From Bacillota bacterium (GTDB taxonomy: Bacteria > Bacillota > Clostridia > Oscillospirales > Acutalibacteraceae), in assembly GCA_030842085.1 (NCBI GenBank), contig JAUUSE010000004.1, positions 638 to 64,637 of the forward strand: a DNA stretch of 64,000 nt, read 5' to 3'. Below the pieces are notes generated by a model, which made no database searches, was not told the origin of the DNA, and saw nothing but the letters and a program-made list of their open reading frames with translations. The position numbers and the translations under genes are program-made. Positions within the stretch are counted from its first letter, which is position 1, and each line of letters starts with the position of its first letter. Positions 37,069-46,694 of this stretch are shown here, in pieces.

Positions 37069-38547
37069 TTAGAGAATTATGCATATAAGCCCGCTGCAGC
37101 CTTCGTTTATGACGCGCTCTAAGGTCTCCTGCATTCTCATACGTGCGTCAGACGGCATTCTGGAAAGCTTTGCGTGCAGCCCCTCGTTAACAAGCTCATG
37201 CAGTGATTTGCCGAATATGTTCGACTCCCATATCTTTATTGGGTCCTCCTCGAACTCCTGCAGCAGATACATCACAAGGTCCTCTGACTGCTTCTCACTG
37301 CCGACTATCGGATTTACCTCGGTCGTTATTTCCGCTTTCATCATATGTATCGACGGCGCCGATGCTCTCAGTCTTACGCCGTAGCGTCCGCCCTGCTTCA
37401 TGATTTCCGGCTCCTCAAGGCTGAGCTCTTCCTTAGACGGCATTACTATTCCGTAGCCAGTGGTCTCGACCTCATCCAAAGCGTCCTTTACGCGGTCATA
37501 TTTTTTCTTTATGTCCACAAGCTGCGCCATGCAGGTTATAAGGTCTTTTTCGTCGTGTATGTCAAGGCCGGTAGTGTCGGTGAGCACCTGATAGAAGATT
37601 TGGCCCTGTATCTTGACGTTTATTCTCGCGCTGCCTATGCCCAAGTCTACCCCGGATATTTCGGCGTTCTCTACTGCGTCACAGCCGGAAATGGCTTCGG
37701 TAAGGAAGCTTATGTCTCTTATGTGCTCTATCTTGGCCGCAGCGCTTTTTATTGTACCGAATAAATCGTCGCGCAGATTATGACTGCCTTCCAGCGATGT
37801 TATCCAGTGCGGCATGTCTACTGCTATTTCTCTTACAGGGAATTCGAAAAGCACCTTGGAGATGATGTCTTTTATCTCTTCCTCCGTCATTTCAAGGCAG
37901 TTTACCGGCATTACCGGAACACCGTATTTTTCCGATAAATCCGCTGCCATATCCATGCTGCTGGCAGATGCCGGATACATGCAGTTGAGCAGTACAATAA
38001 ACGGCTTGTTTATCTGCTTGAGCTCGTTTATTACCCTCTCTTCGGCCTCTTCGTATTCCTCTCGTGGAATATCGCTTATGCTGCCGTCGGTGGTGACTAC
38101 AAGCCCTATTGTCGAATGCTCGTTTATTACCTTTCGAGTGCCTATCTCCGCCGCCATGTCGAACAGCACCGGCTCGTCGTACCACGGCGTCATAACCATG
38201 CGCGGCTGGTCGTTTTCTATATAGCCGAGCGAGCTCGGTACAATATAGCCTACGCAGTCTATCATACGCACCCTGAACACAGAATTGCCGTCAAGCCTTA
38301 CCTCCACAGCCTCTTCGGGTATGAATTTCGGCTCGGTCGTCATTATCGTCCTGCCGGCCGCCGACTGAGGCAGCTCGTCGTTTGCCCGCTCGCGCCTGTA
38401 ATCGCTGGTTATGTTGGGCAGCACCAGCGTATCCATAAATCTCTTTATAAAAGTAGATTTACCCGTCCTTACCGGACCTACTACACCGATATAGATATCT
38501 CCGTCGGTGCGCTGCGCTATGTCTTGATAAATATTAAGTTCTTCCAT
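37069..38547 (-). CDS. spoIVA: Stage IV sporulation protein A
   Basis: MEELNIYQDIAQRTDGDIYIGVVGPVRTGKSTFIKRFM.. (Walker A); 492 aa with a conserved C-terminus. Confidence 0.95.
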   Translation of the reverse strand: MEELNIYQDIAQRTDGDIYIGVVGPVRTGKSTFIKRFMDTLVLPNITSDYRRERANDELPQSAAGRTIMTTEPKFIPEEAVEVRLDGNSVFRVRMIDCVGYIVPSSLGYIENDQPRMVMTPWYDEPVLFDMAAEIGTRKVINEHSTIGLVVTTDGSISDIPREEYEEAEERVINELKQINKPFIVLLNCMYPASASSMDMAADLSEKYGVPVMPVNCLEMTEEEIKDIISKVLFEFPVREIAVDMPHWITSLEGSHNLRDDLFGTIKSAAAKIEHIRDISFLTEAISGCDAVENAEISGVDLGIGSARINVKIQGQIFYQVLTDTTGLDIHDEKDLITCMAQLVDIKKKYDRVKDALDEVETTGYGIVMPSKEELSLEEPEIMKQGGRYGVRLRASAPSIHMMKAEITTEVNPIVGSEKQSEDLVMYLLQEFEEDPIKIWESNIFGKSLHELVNEGLHAKLSRMPSDARMRMQETLERVINEGCSGLICIIL

Positions 38548-38580
38548 TTCGTCCTCCCCTTTAAGGCAGAGATATTTATT

Positions 38581-40116
38581 TTAAACGCTCGGTATAAGCA
38601 GCATAGCGTTTTCTGACAGAACTTCCTCGCTAATGCCGTTTAAGGACATTACCTCTTCTATGGAAGTATTATAGAATTTCGCTATATCCCAAAGCTTTTC
38701 CCCAGCCTCAGCGTAATATATTATGAGCGCGGCCCTGCTCATTGCATCGTTTGTTTCTTCCTCATTTGCCTCGGCCGACACTATGACGTTTTTCTTAAAT
38801 ATTTCAAATACTTGCGCCGATATGTTAAGCTCAACCTTGACCTCTACAGAGCTCGGAGAGGTCATGTTATAGCTTGACGCGAGGGACACTACCGACGGTG
38901 AGCAGCGGTAATCTTCAAGTGCTGTCTCCAAATCGTGCGAATACTCATAATCTACCGGCCGCTCAAAGTATGCGGGGCTTCCCTCGGAGTTCTCGCCCAG
39001 CATGCATATTACTACCTTGCCGCCTATAATAAGCTTTTTGTCCTCGCATTTTACTGTGTCTACAGACGAGTCGCACCACATATCCAGCACTGTCGCTATT
39101 GAGTCTGCCGGCAAATCTAAGCTTTTTTTGCACTCAAACGATTCCCTTATCTCGCTTGCCATGCGCTCAAAGGTCACGGCGTCTTTCTCGCAGTTTACGC
39201 CGCACTTTGTACAGTAGACGTCGTACATTACCGGCACCTCTGCATTGCAGTATGCAGTGATGCTTATCAAAATTTTGGCTGACAGTCCTATAGCCCTTGT
39301 TTCACCGTTCATGCCGGTGCGCGGTTTTACATCAAGAGTAATTACATCGGCGTCTATTACGCAGCAGCAGTCCTCATTTATTCCCTCTATGTCTACTATC
39401 TGAGATATTGGCAGTACATTTTCAAATACATGCAGCGCGCGGTCGACATCGGAAGAATAGAGCACACTCACCGCCAAATCGCCCTTTATTACCGCTTTGT
39501 TGCTGACTATCTTGCAGTCGGTAACGGCGGCGTTTGCGTCGCTTCTTATGATTGTCCGTATGGACGGCTCATCTTCCGGCAGCGTCATGTCGTCGTTTAT
39601 TATGACGTACTTTTCCGCGTCTCCTATCTGCGACGTCATGGACACATTTTCTCTCAGCATCTGCACGCCTTCTGCATCTATATCGCATACTATATTGCGG
39701 CGGCATTTTCTATTCATCTTAATGTCAAGCGACATTGCGCCGTGAATATCCACTCTGCGGCTGCTTACGGCGCGGCAGTTTATAAACTCTGTTTTTGCCT
39801 TTACTTTTACGGCGCCGTCTATGTCCGGCTCTGTCTCTACCGTTTTAGTAAAGCTCCATGGATATTCAAAGCTGTTGATATCGCCTTGCTCTTCATCTGC
39901 GTAAATCAGGCATATGTATGCTGTACCCTCTATGGTGAGCATACCGCCTGTTACCGCCGAGGAATTTATTCGCGGCGTTACCCTGCATTTTAATATCCGG
40001 GATATATCCGGGCAATAGTCCGGCAGTGTAAAATCAGTGTCTATCGCCTGCTCGACTGTTTGGCTGAAAACCGAACCGTTTACGGCAATATCCTGCTCTG
40101 TTACCCTGAAATCCAT
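38581..40116 (-). CDS. DUF3794-domain protein with C-terminal LysM (SipL/SpoVID-like coat morphogenetic protein)
   Basis: N-terminal ..TLPDYCPDISRILKCRVTPRI.. is the DUF3794 pattern. The C-terminal ..GEKLWDIAKFYNTSIEEVMSLNGI..LLIPS is LysM. It ends 33 nt upstream of spoIVA. Confidence 0.7.
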   Translation of the reverse strand: MDFRVTEQDIAVNGSVFSQTVEQAIDTDFTLPDYCPDISRILKCRVTPRINSSAVTGGMLTIEGTAYICLIYADEEQGDINSFEYPWSFTKTVETEPDIDGAVKVKAKTEFINCRAVSSRRVDIHGAMSLDIKMNRKCRRNIVCDIDAEGVQMLRENVSMTSQIGDAEKYVIINDDMTLPEDEPSIRTIIRSDANAAVTDCKIVSNKAVIKGDLAVSVLYSSDVDRALHVFENVLPISQIVDIEGINEDCCCVIDADVITLDVKPRTGMNGETRAIGLSAKILISITAYCNAEVPVMYDVYCTKCGVNCEKDAVTFERMASEIRESFECKKSLDLPADSIATVLDMWCDSSVDTVKCEDKKLIIGGKVVICMLGENSEGSPAYFERPVDYEYSHDLETALEDYRCSPSVVSLASSYNMTSPSSVEVKVELNISAQVFEIFKKNVIVSAEANEEETNDAMSRAALIIYYAEAGEKLWDIAKFYNTSIEEVMSLNGISEEVLSENAMLLIPSV

Positions 40117-40249
40117 AATGGCCTACCTCTCCTTTTCATTTTCTATTAGCATAATATTCATCTGTCCTTTTCCTTATGCACAAATTTATGTTTTTGCTCA
40201 TCTTTTTTGCGTTTATGTGCTTGCCGGCAGTAAACATACTAATTAATAT

Positions 40250-40284
40250 GAAAGTACAGGCTGTTTTATGCAGCCTGTACTTTC
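40250..40284. other. Strong isolated hairpin (14-bp stem) in the sipL-spoVM intergenic region
   Basis: GAAAGTACAGGCTGttttatgCAGCCTGTACTTTC. There is no clean U-run on either strand. Confidence 0.35.
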
Positions 40285-40694
40285 AATTTATATATATTTT
40301 TATGAATATTTAAATACTGCACTGACTGTACATTGCAAGCAGCAATATATGTTCAATTATTTTATCAATTTTATAGACTTCCTTTTTAATTTAGCACAAG
40401 GACAAACTTTTGCAAATCCAGAAAAATTATTATTTTATGCTCTATGTTATTTTTTGCTATCTAAATCCGTCCATATTGAATCTGGGTATAATGCGCTTAT
40501 GACTTCAAAATTGGCAATGACGCTCATTTTTTAATAATTACAGTTGTGTCTTTGCTTTTAATAAACATATGAATTTATTATTTTCCTATAAAAATATCTT
40601 TACGCTAATATCATGCTTCACTATTTTTCTCTGCTAGGTTATTTTATAAAGCTTTTTCCGACAAAATCAGTGTTATTACCGAATCCGTACTTAA

Positions 40695-40732
40695 AAATAA
40701 ATTGGGGATGCATATGCATCCCCAATTTATTT
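40695..40732 (-). terminator. Rho-independent terminator of spoVM
   Basis: Perfect palindrome AAATAAATTGGGGATGCATATGCATCCCCAATTTATTT, with a U-run on the minus strand. Confidence 0.7.
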
Positions 40733-40797
40733 ATCAGACAGCTGCCATTTTAGTCCTTTAGCCAAGTTTATTCGTATGTATTGCCTCTTAAAACACA

Positions 40798-40878
40798 TCA
40801 GTCGTCCTTTTTTATTCCGAATATAAGCTTTAAAAGACCTCTTAAGACCTTTGGGCTCTTTACTACGACAACTTTCAT
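40798..40878 (-). CDS. spoVM: Stage V sporulation protein M (26 aa); too short for the ORF track
   Basis: Reverse translation gives MKVVVVKSPKVLRGLLKLIFGIKKDD. Compare B. subtilis SpoVM, MKFYTIKLPKFLGGIVRAMLGSFRKD. GGAGG lies 8 nt upstream and a terminator follows directly. Its position downstream of thiN matches Bacillus synteny. Confidence 0.75.
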   Translation of the reverse strand: MKVVVVKSPKVLRGLLKLIFGIKKDD

Positions 40879-40897
40879 TGGTCATGACCTCCATAAA

Positions 40898-41056
40898 TCA
40901 GCATTTTAGAAAGGCGATACCGAAAAACACCACAGCAATTGCCAGTATCATAAGAAGAAACCGGGCCGGACATATGCAGGCAAGCGCAATGCCTAATCCA
41001 AAGGCTACGGCCAGCGGGCCTTTCGAACCCCTGCCCCTTCGCCGGTAATAGCGCAC
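40898..41056 (-). CDS. Possible small membrane protein (52 codons, GTG start) between thiN and spoVM
   Basis: (V/M)RYYRRRGRGSKGPLAVAFGLGIALACICPARFLLMILAIAVVFFGIAFLKC: a basic N-terminus plus two hydrophobic segments. The SD-like GGTGAGG is only 3 nt from the GTG, so support is weak. Confidence 0.3.
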   Translation of the reverse strand: MRYYRRRGRGSKGPLAVAFGLGIALACICPARFLLMILAIAVVFFGIAFLKC

Positions 41057-41157
41057 ATTCCTCACCACTTTCGCGCAGCAAGCCCTTTCGGCTCAGCAGG
41101 TATCCTTAGCATCGTCTGTTACAGTATACGTGCTTTGCCCTCATTGTGTGAAAACAT

Positions 41158-41880
41158 TTATTCCTCTGCCTGAATTATGAGAAGTGTGCCACTCTTTACG
41201 CTTATTTGCGCAGTATCCTCAGTTATTTCATTGCTTACGCCGAGCGGATAATTATTTGCTAAATTATAGTCCTGCAGCGGATATTTTACTCCGCTTAGTG
41301 TCACGCCCTCAGCACCTCCGCCAAATGCAAGCACTGATAAATATTTATATTTTCTCTTTTTTAGCTCAATGCTGCCATCTTTCACCATGCTCATTTCCGC
41401 ATTATCGCCCACTATTACCCCGCGGCAACCTTTGTCCGCTAAATATTTAAGCAGCACTATATTTCCTATCGTATGGTCTATCCGGCCGCCAATGCCGCCG
41501 AATATATAAAATTCCTTGTATCCCCTCATAAGGCCAAGCTTTATTGCCGCGGCCGTATCAGTATCGTCCTTTTCGGCCGGCAGCCGTATTATTTCCGGCT
41601 TTGTCAGATTTTCAGCGCTGATATTTCGACTATTAATATCACCTATTTCCGCCGCTTGCTTTGCCGGAAAAATATTTTTTTCACATCTCTCAATTTCGCT
41701 GCTCTCAATTTCTGGAGACGAGTCAAAATCGCCCAAAATGACGTCGGGCGTTATTCCCATTTTTGCCGCATGACGTCGCCCGCCGTCGGCACAGATAATA
41801 AAATCCCCTTTCGATATTATCTCAAGGGGGATTTTTTCGTTTTCTATTTTATATGCCGCTAATATTATGCATTTTTTCAT
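41158..41880 (-). CDS. thiN: Thiamine diphosphokinase
   Basis: ..FIICADGGRRHAAKMGITPDVILGDFDS..EKDDTDTAAAI..GGIGGRIDHTIGN.. with an insert of about 35 aa after GDFDS. The start at 41880 (MKKCIIL) was chosen over the track start at 41904. Confidence 0.85.
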   Translation of the reverse strand: MKKCIILAAYKIENEKIPLEIISKGDFIICADGGRRHAAKMGITPDVILGDFDSSPEIESSEIERCEKNIFPAKQAAEIGDINSRNISAENLTKPEIIRLPAEKDDTDTAAAIKLGLMRGYKEFYIFGGIGGRIDHTIGNIVLLKYLADKGCRGVIVGDNAEMSMVKDGSIELKKRKYKYLSVLAFGGGAEGVTLSGVKYPLQDYNLANNYPLGVSNEITEDTAQISVKSGTLLIIQAEE

Positions 41881-41891
41881 GTCTTTGTCCT

Positions 41892-42785
41892 CTAAAGCTC
41901 CCAATCGTTTATATTTTTCAGCTCGTTGTACATTTCAACATAATTTCTATGGCGCACATCGCTGATTATGCCGTCTGCAACCGCTTCTATAATTGCACAG
42001 CCCTGCTCTTTAACATGTGTACAGGAAGTAAATTTGCATTTGCCGATATATTCCTTAAACTCTGAAAAGCAATATTGCAGCTCATTGCATGGGATATGAT
42101 TTTTTCCAGTAAACTCCCATGATGAAAAGCCCGGCGTATCAGCTATATACCCGCCGTCGTCGGTTTTTACAAGCTCAACATGGCGTGTAGTATGCTTGCC
42201 GCGGCGCAGCTTTTCACTTATATCTCCAGTTGCTGCCGACGCCGACGAGCACAGGCAATTTAATATACTTGACTTGCCTACGCCGGAGTTGCCGCATAAC
42301 GCTGTAATTTTCCCGCTTATCAGCTTTTTAAGGCTCTCTATCCCCTCACCTGTGCGTGCTGACACGCTCAGCAGAGGATAATCCGTCTTGGAGTATATTT
42401 CTAAATATTCGTCAGCAGTTGCTTCATCAACCTTATTAAAAACGATTGCCGGCATTATATCGCGGTATTCAGCTGCTGCCGTTATTTTATCTATTACCGC
42501 CGGTGAGGGCTTTGGCAGCGAGACTGACGATACTATCACTAAAATGTCAATATTGGCCACTGCAGGACGTATCATGCTGTTAATGCGCTCTGACACTTTA
42601 GTAATACATGCCGATATCTCGCTTGTGCTGCTGTCTATTTCAATGGTTACCTTATCACCTACCAGCGGCTTCAAGCTTACATTGCGAAACTTTCCACGGG
42701 CCTTACAGGCATATATATCTCCGCTGCAATCCACATAGTACATATCAGACACGGCCTTTACTATAAGGCCCTGCTTAATTTCCAT
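41892..42785 (-). CDS. rsgA: Ribosome small-subunit-dependent GTPase A
   Basis: Circularly permuted GTPase (..VFNKVDE..GNSGVGKSSILN..) with a C-terminal Zn cluster (CKFTSCTHVKEQGC). Confidence 0.9.
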   Translation of the reverse strand: MEIKQGLIVKAVSDMYYVDCSGDIYACKARGKFRNVSLKPLVGDKVTIEIDSSTSEISACITKVSERINSMIRPAVANIDILVIVSSVSLPKPSPAVIDKITAAAEYRDIMPAIVFNKVDEATADEYLEIYSKTDYPLLSVSARTGEGIESLKKLISGKITALCGNSGVGKSSILNCLCSSASAATGDISEKLRRGKHTTRHVELVKTDDGGYIADTPGFSSWEFTGKNHIPCNELQYCFSEFKEYIGKCKFTSCTHVKEQGCAIIEAVADGIISDVRHRNYVEMYNELKNINDWEL

Positions 42786-42800
42786 AGTGCGCTCTCCTCA

Positions 42801-44915
42801 TCATCTAGAGCTGCTTCTAGATGATGTGCTAGGCCGTGACGACGTATTGTCATCATCGTCATCTCCTGAACTTGAGGACGACGGCGTACTGCTTGACGAC
42901 GGCGAAGATGACGACGAGGGAGTCGAGCTCGACGTCACATTGTTTATAAACGGTGAGTCGTCATATACACGGTTTACATAATTAAGCTTGTTGTTTACAA
43001 AGTCATAAGACAGTTCCTGATAATTATATCCGTTTATGCGAATAAGCACCACACCCTGCTGCTCAGTTGTCTCATATGGTATTTCAGCGGACTTAGTTGT
43101 AGCAAGGTTTATTGTTTCTGTGCTGTTTCCTATGACATTGTTATTAAGATAAAGTACTATGCTGTTTACCCTAATATTCATTTCCTGTGAAAAGTCAAGT
43201 CTTATCGTTCCGCTGTATACCGTAGGCTCAGGTGATATACCCGTGCTTACTACTACATCAACAGCTGAATATGCCTCTACCTGTGAGCCTTGCTCAGGCG
43301 TCTGGCGTATAATGCAATTTGCCGCTACATCTGCGCTGTCTTCATATGTTATATTACCAAGCTTCAGTCCGTAGTTCAGCAGCAGCTGCTCTGCAGTATC
43401 CTTTGTATAGTTTTTAAGATCTGGCACCGTAACAAGGTTCGGCGCTTTGCCGAGGCTTACATATATTGTAACAGTCTGACCAGTAGCTATCAAAGAGCCC
43501 GGCTCGGGATTAGTCTGCATTACTATATCCGCAGCGTACTCCGCCTCGCCGTTTACGACATTGCTGTACCGCTCTTCTACTGTATAAGCTATACCAAGGT
43601 CGTCAAGCCTTGTTTTTACATCATTAAGCCGCAGTCCAACCAAGTCCGACGGCAATTCCAGCGTCTTTGGACCGGAACTTACCACAAGCTGTATTGTTGA
43701 GCCGCTTTTTATCGGAGTATCTTTAGTAGGCGACTGCCTAATTATCGTGTCATACGGCTGGTCGGAATTTTCATATTCTCTAAGTTCTATATTATATCCA
43801 CTATATGCTGGGTCCGCCATTACCTCTGTGTATAAAAGCCCAACAAAATTTGGACACGGCATTTCATCAGACGGGCCGTCTTTCATAAATACATTGTAGA
43901 AGATTATTACCGCTACTACTATAACTACTATAAATGCAGCAGCTATACCTGCCATTATAGCTACCATAGGCGGTTTTTTTACCGTTTCTTCTCCTTCTTC
44001 TGCCGCTGTTGTATCATTCTCGCCTATCTCGCCTATATATTTTGTAGGTGATTCATCCACATCATGGATATAGCTAAAAGTAATCTGAGGCTTTTTGCGA
44101 AACGCCTCCAAATCAGTCAGCATCTCTGTAGCAGATTGATATCTCTTTTCAGGATCCTTTTCCATAGCGTGCATTACTATCTGCTCAAGACCAAGCGGTA
44201 TGTTCTCATTTATCTGGCGAGGCCATACCGGCTCGCGCTGAAGCTGCATTATCGCTACGGATACAGCGCTGTCGGCTTCAAACGGAAGCTGGCCAGTCAG
44301 CATTTCATAAAGCATTACACCCACTGAATATATATCAGACTTCTCATCGGTAAACTCGCCCTTGGCCTGCTCAGGACTTATATAATGCACCGAGCCTATG
44401 GCCTTGTCGGTCATGGTGCGCTGCTCGCTGCGTGAAAAACGCGCTATGCCAAAGTCCGTCACCTTAATTGTGCCGTCCTTAAGCAGCATTATGTTCTGAG
44501 GCTTTATATCCCTATGAACTATCCCTTTAGAATGCGCGTGCTGAAGCGCACGGAGTATCTGTATTGTAAAATACACCGCTTCTCTTTCATCAAGGCGCTG
44601 CTTGCGCTCTATATACTGCTTTAGAGTTATACCGTCTATATATTCCATTACAATGTACTGTATTTCATCACCAAAGCTTACGTCGTAAACTTTTACTATG
44701 TTTGGATGCGACAGCACTGCTATTGCTTTAGATTCATTCTTAAAACGACGGCGGAACTCTTCATTGGCCAAAAATTCTTCCCTTAGTATTTTGACCGCTA
44801 CTATGCGGTCGTCAATGGTGTCGTATGCCTTATACACCATCGCCATACCGCCGACGCCTATTATCTCCTTGATTTCATAGCGTCCGTCCAGCCTCTTGCC
44901 AATATATTTATCCAA
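42801..44915 (-). CDS. prkC: PASTA-domain Ser/Thr protein kinase
   Basis: Hanks kinase domain (..HRDIKPQNIM..DFGIA..), a TM segment, PASTA repeats, and a Ser-rich/Asp-run C-terminal tail. Confidence 0.9.
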   Translation of the reverse strand: MDKYIGKRLDGRYEIKEIIGVGGMAMVYKAYDTIDDRIVAVKILREEFLANEEFRRRFKNESKAIAVLSHPNIVKVYDVSFGDEIQYIVMEYIDGITLKQYIERKQRLDEREAVYFTIQILRALQHAHSKGIVHRDIKPQNIMLLKDGTIKVTDFGIARFSRSEQRTMTDKAIGSVHYISPEQAKGEFTDEKSDIYSVGVMLYEMLTGQLPFEADSAVSVAIMQLQREPVWPRQINENIPLGLEQIVMHAMEKDPEKRYQSATEMLTDLEAFRKKPQITFSYIHDVDESPTKYIGEIGENDTTAAEEGEETVKKPPMVAIMAGIAAAFIVVIVVAVIIFYNVFMKDGPSDEMPCPNFVGLLYTEVMADPAYSGYNIELREYENSDQPYDTIIRQSPTKDTPIKSGSTIQLVVSSGPKTLELPSDLVGLRLNDVKTRLDDLGIAYTVEERYSNVVNGEAEYAADIVMQTNPEPGSLIATGQTVTIYVSLGKAPNLVTVPDLKNYTKDTAEQLLLNYGLKLGNITYEDSADVAANCIIRQTPEQGSQVEAYSAVDVVVSTGISPEPTVYSGTIRLDFSQEMNIRVNSIVLYLNNNVIGNSTETINLATTKSAEIPYETTEQQGVVLIRINGYNYQELSYDFVNNKLNYVNRVYDDSPFINNVTSSSTPSSSSSPSSSSTPSSSSSGDDDDDNTSSRPSTSSRSSSR

Positions 44916-44933
44916 TAATATTCACTCCCTGTC

Positions 44934-45662
44934 CTACTCCGATAAAACTACTACGGTGATGTTGTCACCACCGCCGCCGGTGTTCGCTTCATCTATAAGT
45001 ATCTCCGGCAAGTCGGAAAAACTGCTCGTGTCTATAAGCTCTATTATTCTTTCGCTGCTTACGTAATTCGTCAGACCATCAGTGCATATAAGCAGCATTT
45101 TCCCCGGCTCTATTACCGCTTCATTATAGTCAACATCCACCGTCTCGCTTACGCCCAGCGCCCGCGTTATTACGTTCTTGCGCGGATGAAACTGCGCCTC
45201 TTCAGGGGTAAGCTGTCCGCTTTCTATCATGTTTTGCACAATGGAATGGTCTTTTGTTATCTGCCTAAAGACGCCACCGCCGGCTATATACGCACGGCTG
45301 TCACCAGCATGAACTATATGTGCTACACCGTCCGATATAACAGCCGCTACCGCAGTCGTGCCCATTCCCGCCAGAGCTTCAACAGAACGGGACATGTCAA
45401 ACACGCTCACATTCGCCGCATACATGGCCGAACTCAGCATTGTCTTTATAGATGTAGAGCTCATGCCCTCGCGGTATGAGGCAGATATATGCTCCGACAG
45501 TATTCTCACCGCCGTAACACTCGCTATGTTTCCGCCGTTGGCGCCGCCCATGCCGTCACATACGACAGCCCATGCTACGCCTCCCGGCAGCTCGCCTGCT
45601 GAATATGAGTCCTGGTTAGATGCGCGTACCAGACCTTTATTTGATTTTGCTGCAATGCGCAC
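44934..45662 (-). CDS. stp: PP2C-family Ser/Thr phosphatase
   Basis: ..NQDSY..VCDGMGG..GDSRAY..TDGLTN..GGGDNITVV.. Confidence 0.9.
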   Translation of the reverse strand: MRIAAKSNKGLVRASNQDSYSAGELPGGVAWAVVCDGMGGANGGNIASVTAVRILSEHISASYREGMSSTSIKTMLSSAMYAANVSVFDMSRSVEALAGMGTTAVAAVISDGVAHIVHAGDSRAYIAGGGVFRQITKDHSIVQNMIESGQLTPEEAQFHPRKNVITRALGVSETVDVDYNEAVIEPGKMLLICTDGLTNYVSSERIIELIDTSSFSDLPEILIDEANTGGGGDNITVVVLSE

Positions 45663-45674
45663 AGTATCCCCCCT

Positions 45675-46637
45675 TTAAGAGTACCTGCGTCTTAATTGTC
45701 CGCAGGAGGCGTCTATATCTCCTCCCAGCGTACGCCTTACGGTTGCATTTATTCCCTGTTTTATAAGTATATCTTTAAACCTGTTTACCCGGCTCATGTC
45801 CGGAGTATTCATATCTTTACGCGCTGGGTTGACAGGTATTATATTTACATGGCACAGCATCCCTTTTATTATTGACGCTAATTCATATGCACAATCATCG
45901 CTGTCGTTAAGTCCTTTTATGAGCGAATACTCAAATGATATGCGCCGGCTCGTCGATTTAGTATAAGCCCTGCATGCCTTTATAAGCTCCGACACGTTCC
46001 ACCGCTTGTTTATTGGCATTATTTTATTTCGTATCTCATCATTGGGAGCGTGCAGCGACACCGATAATGTAAACTGCGGGTGCATCGGTATGAGCTCATA
46101 TATCTTATCAACCAACCCACATGTCGAAACAGATATATGCCGCTGACCTATATTAAGACCGTCAGCATCCGACACAAGCTTTAGAAACTTTAGCACATTG
46201 TAAAAATTATCAAGCGGCTCGCCTATTCCCATTAACACTATGTTGGATGGCTTTATACCGCTGTCCTCTACACAGGTATATATCTGCGACAGCATCTCCG
46301 ACGGGGCAAGGTTTCGGCTCAGCCCGTTTACGGTAGATGCACAGAATTTACAACCCATACGACAGCCGGCCTGCGTCGATATACACATGCTGTATCCGTG
46401 CTTATATTCCATAAGCACGCTTTCCACCATTTCGCCGTCCTCAAGCTTATACAAGTATTTTACAGTATTATCATGTGTAGATACAAGCTTTTTTTGTATT
46501 TTGCAGTTTACAATACTGTAACAGTCGTTAAGGTTTTGTCTCATATTAAGCGGCAGATTTGTCATTTCGTCAAATGAATGCACCCCGCGCATCAGCCATT
46601 TATATATCTGATCAGCACGGTATGCAGGATATTCCAT
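45675..46637 (-). CDS. rlmN: 23S rRNA/tRNA (adenine-C2)-methyltransferase RlmN; the first canonical ATG is used, but the true N-terminus may lie upstream (up to 46694)
   Basis: ..YRADQIYKWL.., radical SAM CRMGCKFC, and the C-terminal ..DIDASCGQL motif. See the finding on the N-terminus. Confidence 0.9.
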   Translation of the reverse strand: MEYPAYRADQIYKWLMRGVHSFDEMTNLPLNMRQNLNDCYSIVNCKIQKKLVSTHDNTVKYLYKLEDGEMVESVLMEYKHGYSMCISTQAGCRMGCKFCASTVNGLSRNLAPSEMLSQIYTCVEDSGIKPSNIVLMGIGEPLDNFYNVLKFLKLVSDADGLNIGQRHISVSTCGLVDKIYELIPMHPQFTLSVSLHAPNDEIRNKIMPINKRWNVSELIKACRAYTKSTSRRISFEYSLIKGLNDSDDCAYELASIIKGMLCHVNIIPVNPARKDMNTPDMSRVNRFKDILIKQGINATVRRTLGGDIDASCGQLRRRYS

Positions 46638-46694
46638 TTTGGTAATCTGTTCTCTTAGCTCATCTGCCGCCAGGGAACGTATATCGGTTTTTAT

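Noticed and set aside
40880-41157. TPP riboswitch or other riboswitch in the GC-rich stretch next to the thiamine diphosphokinase gene
   Set aside because: The stretch lies downstream of thiN, not upstream. On the minus strand I could not find the conserved TPP-element cores (CUGAGA ... ACCUGAUCUGGAUAAUGCCAGCG-like). A small-peptide ORF or leader for spoVM is a simpler reading.
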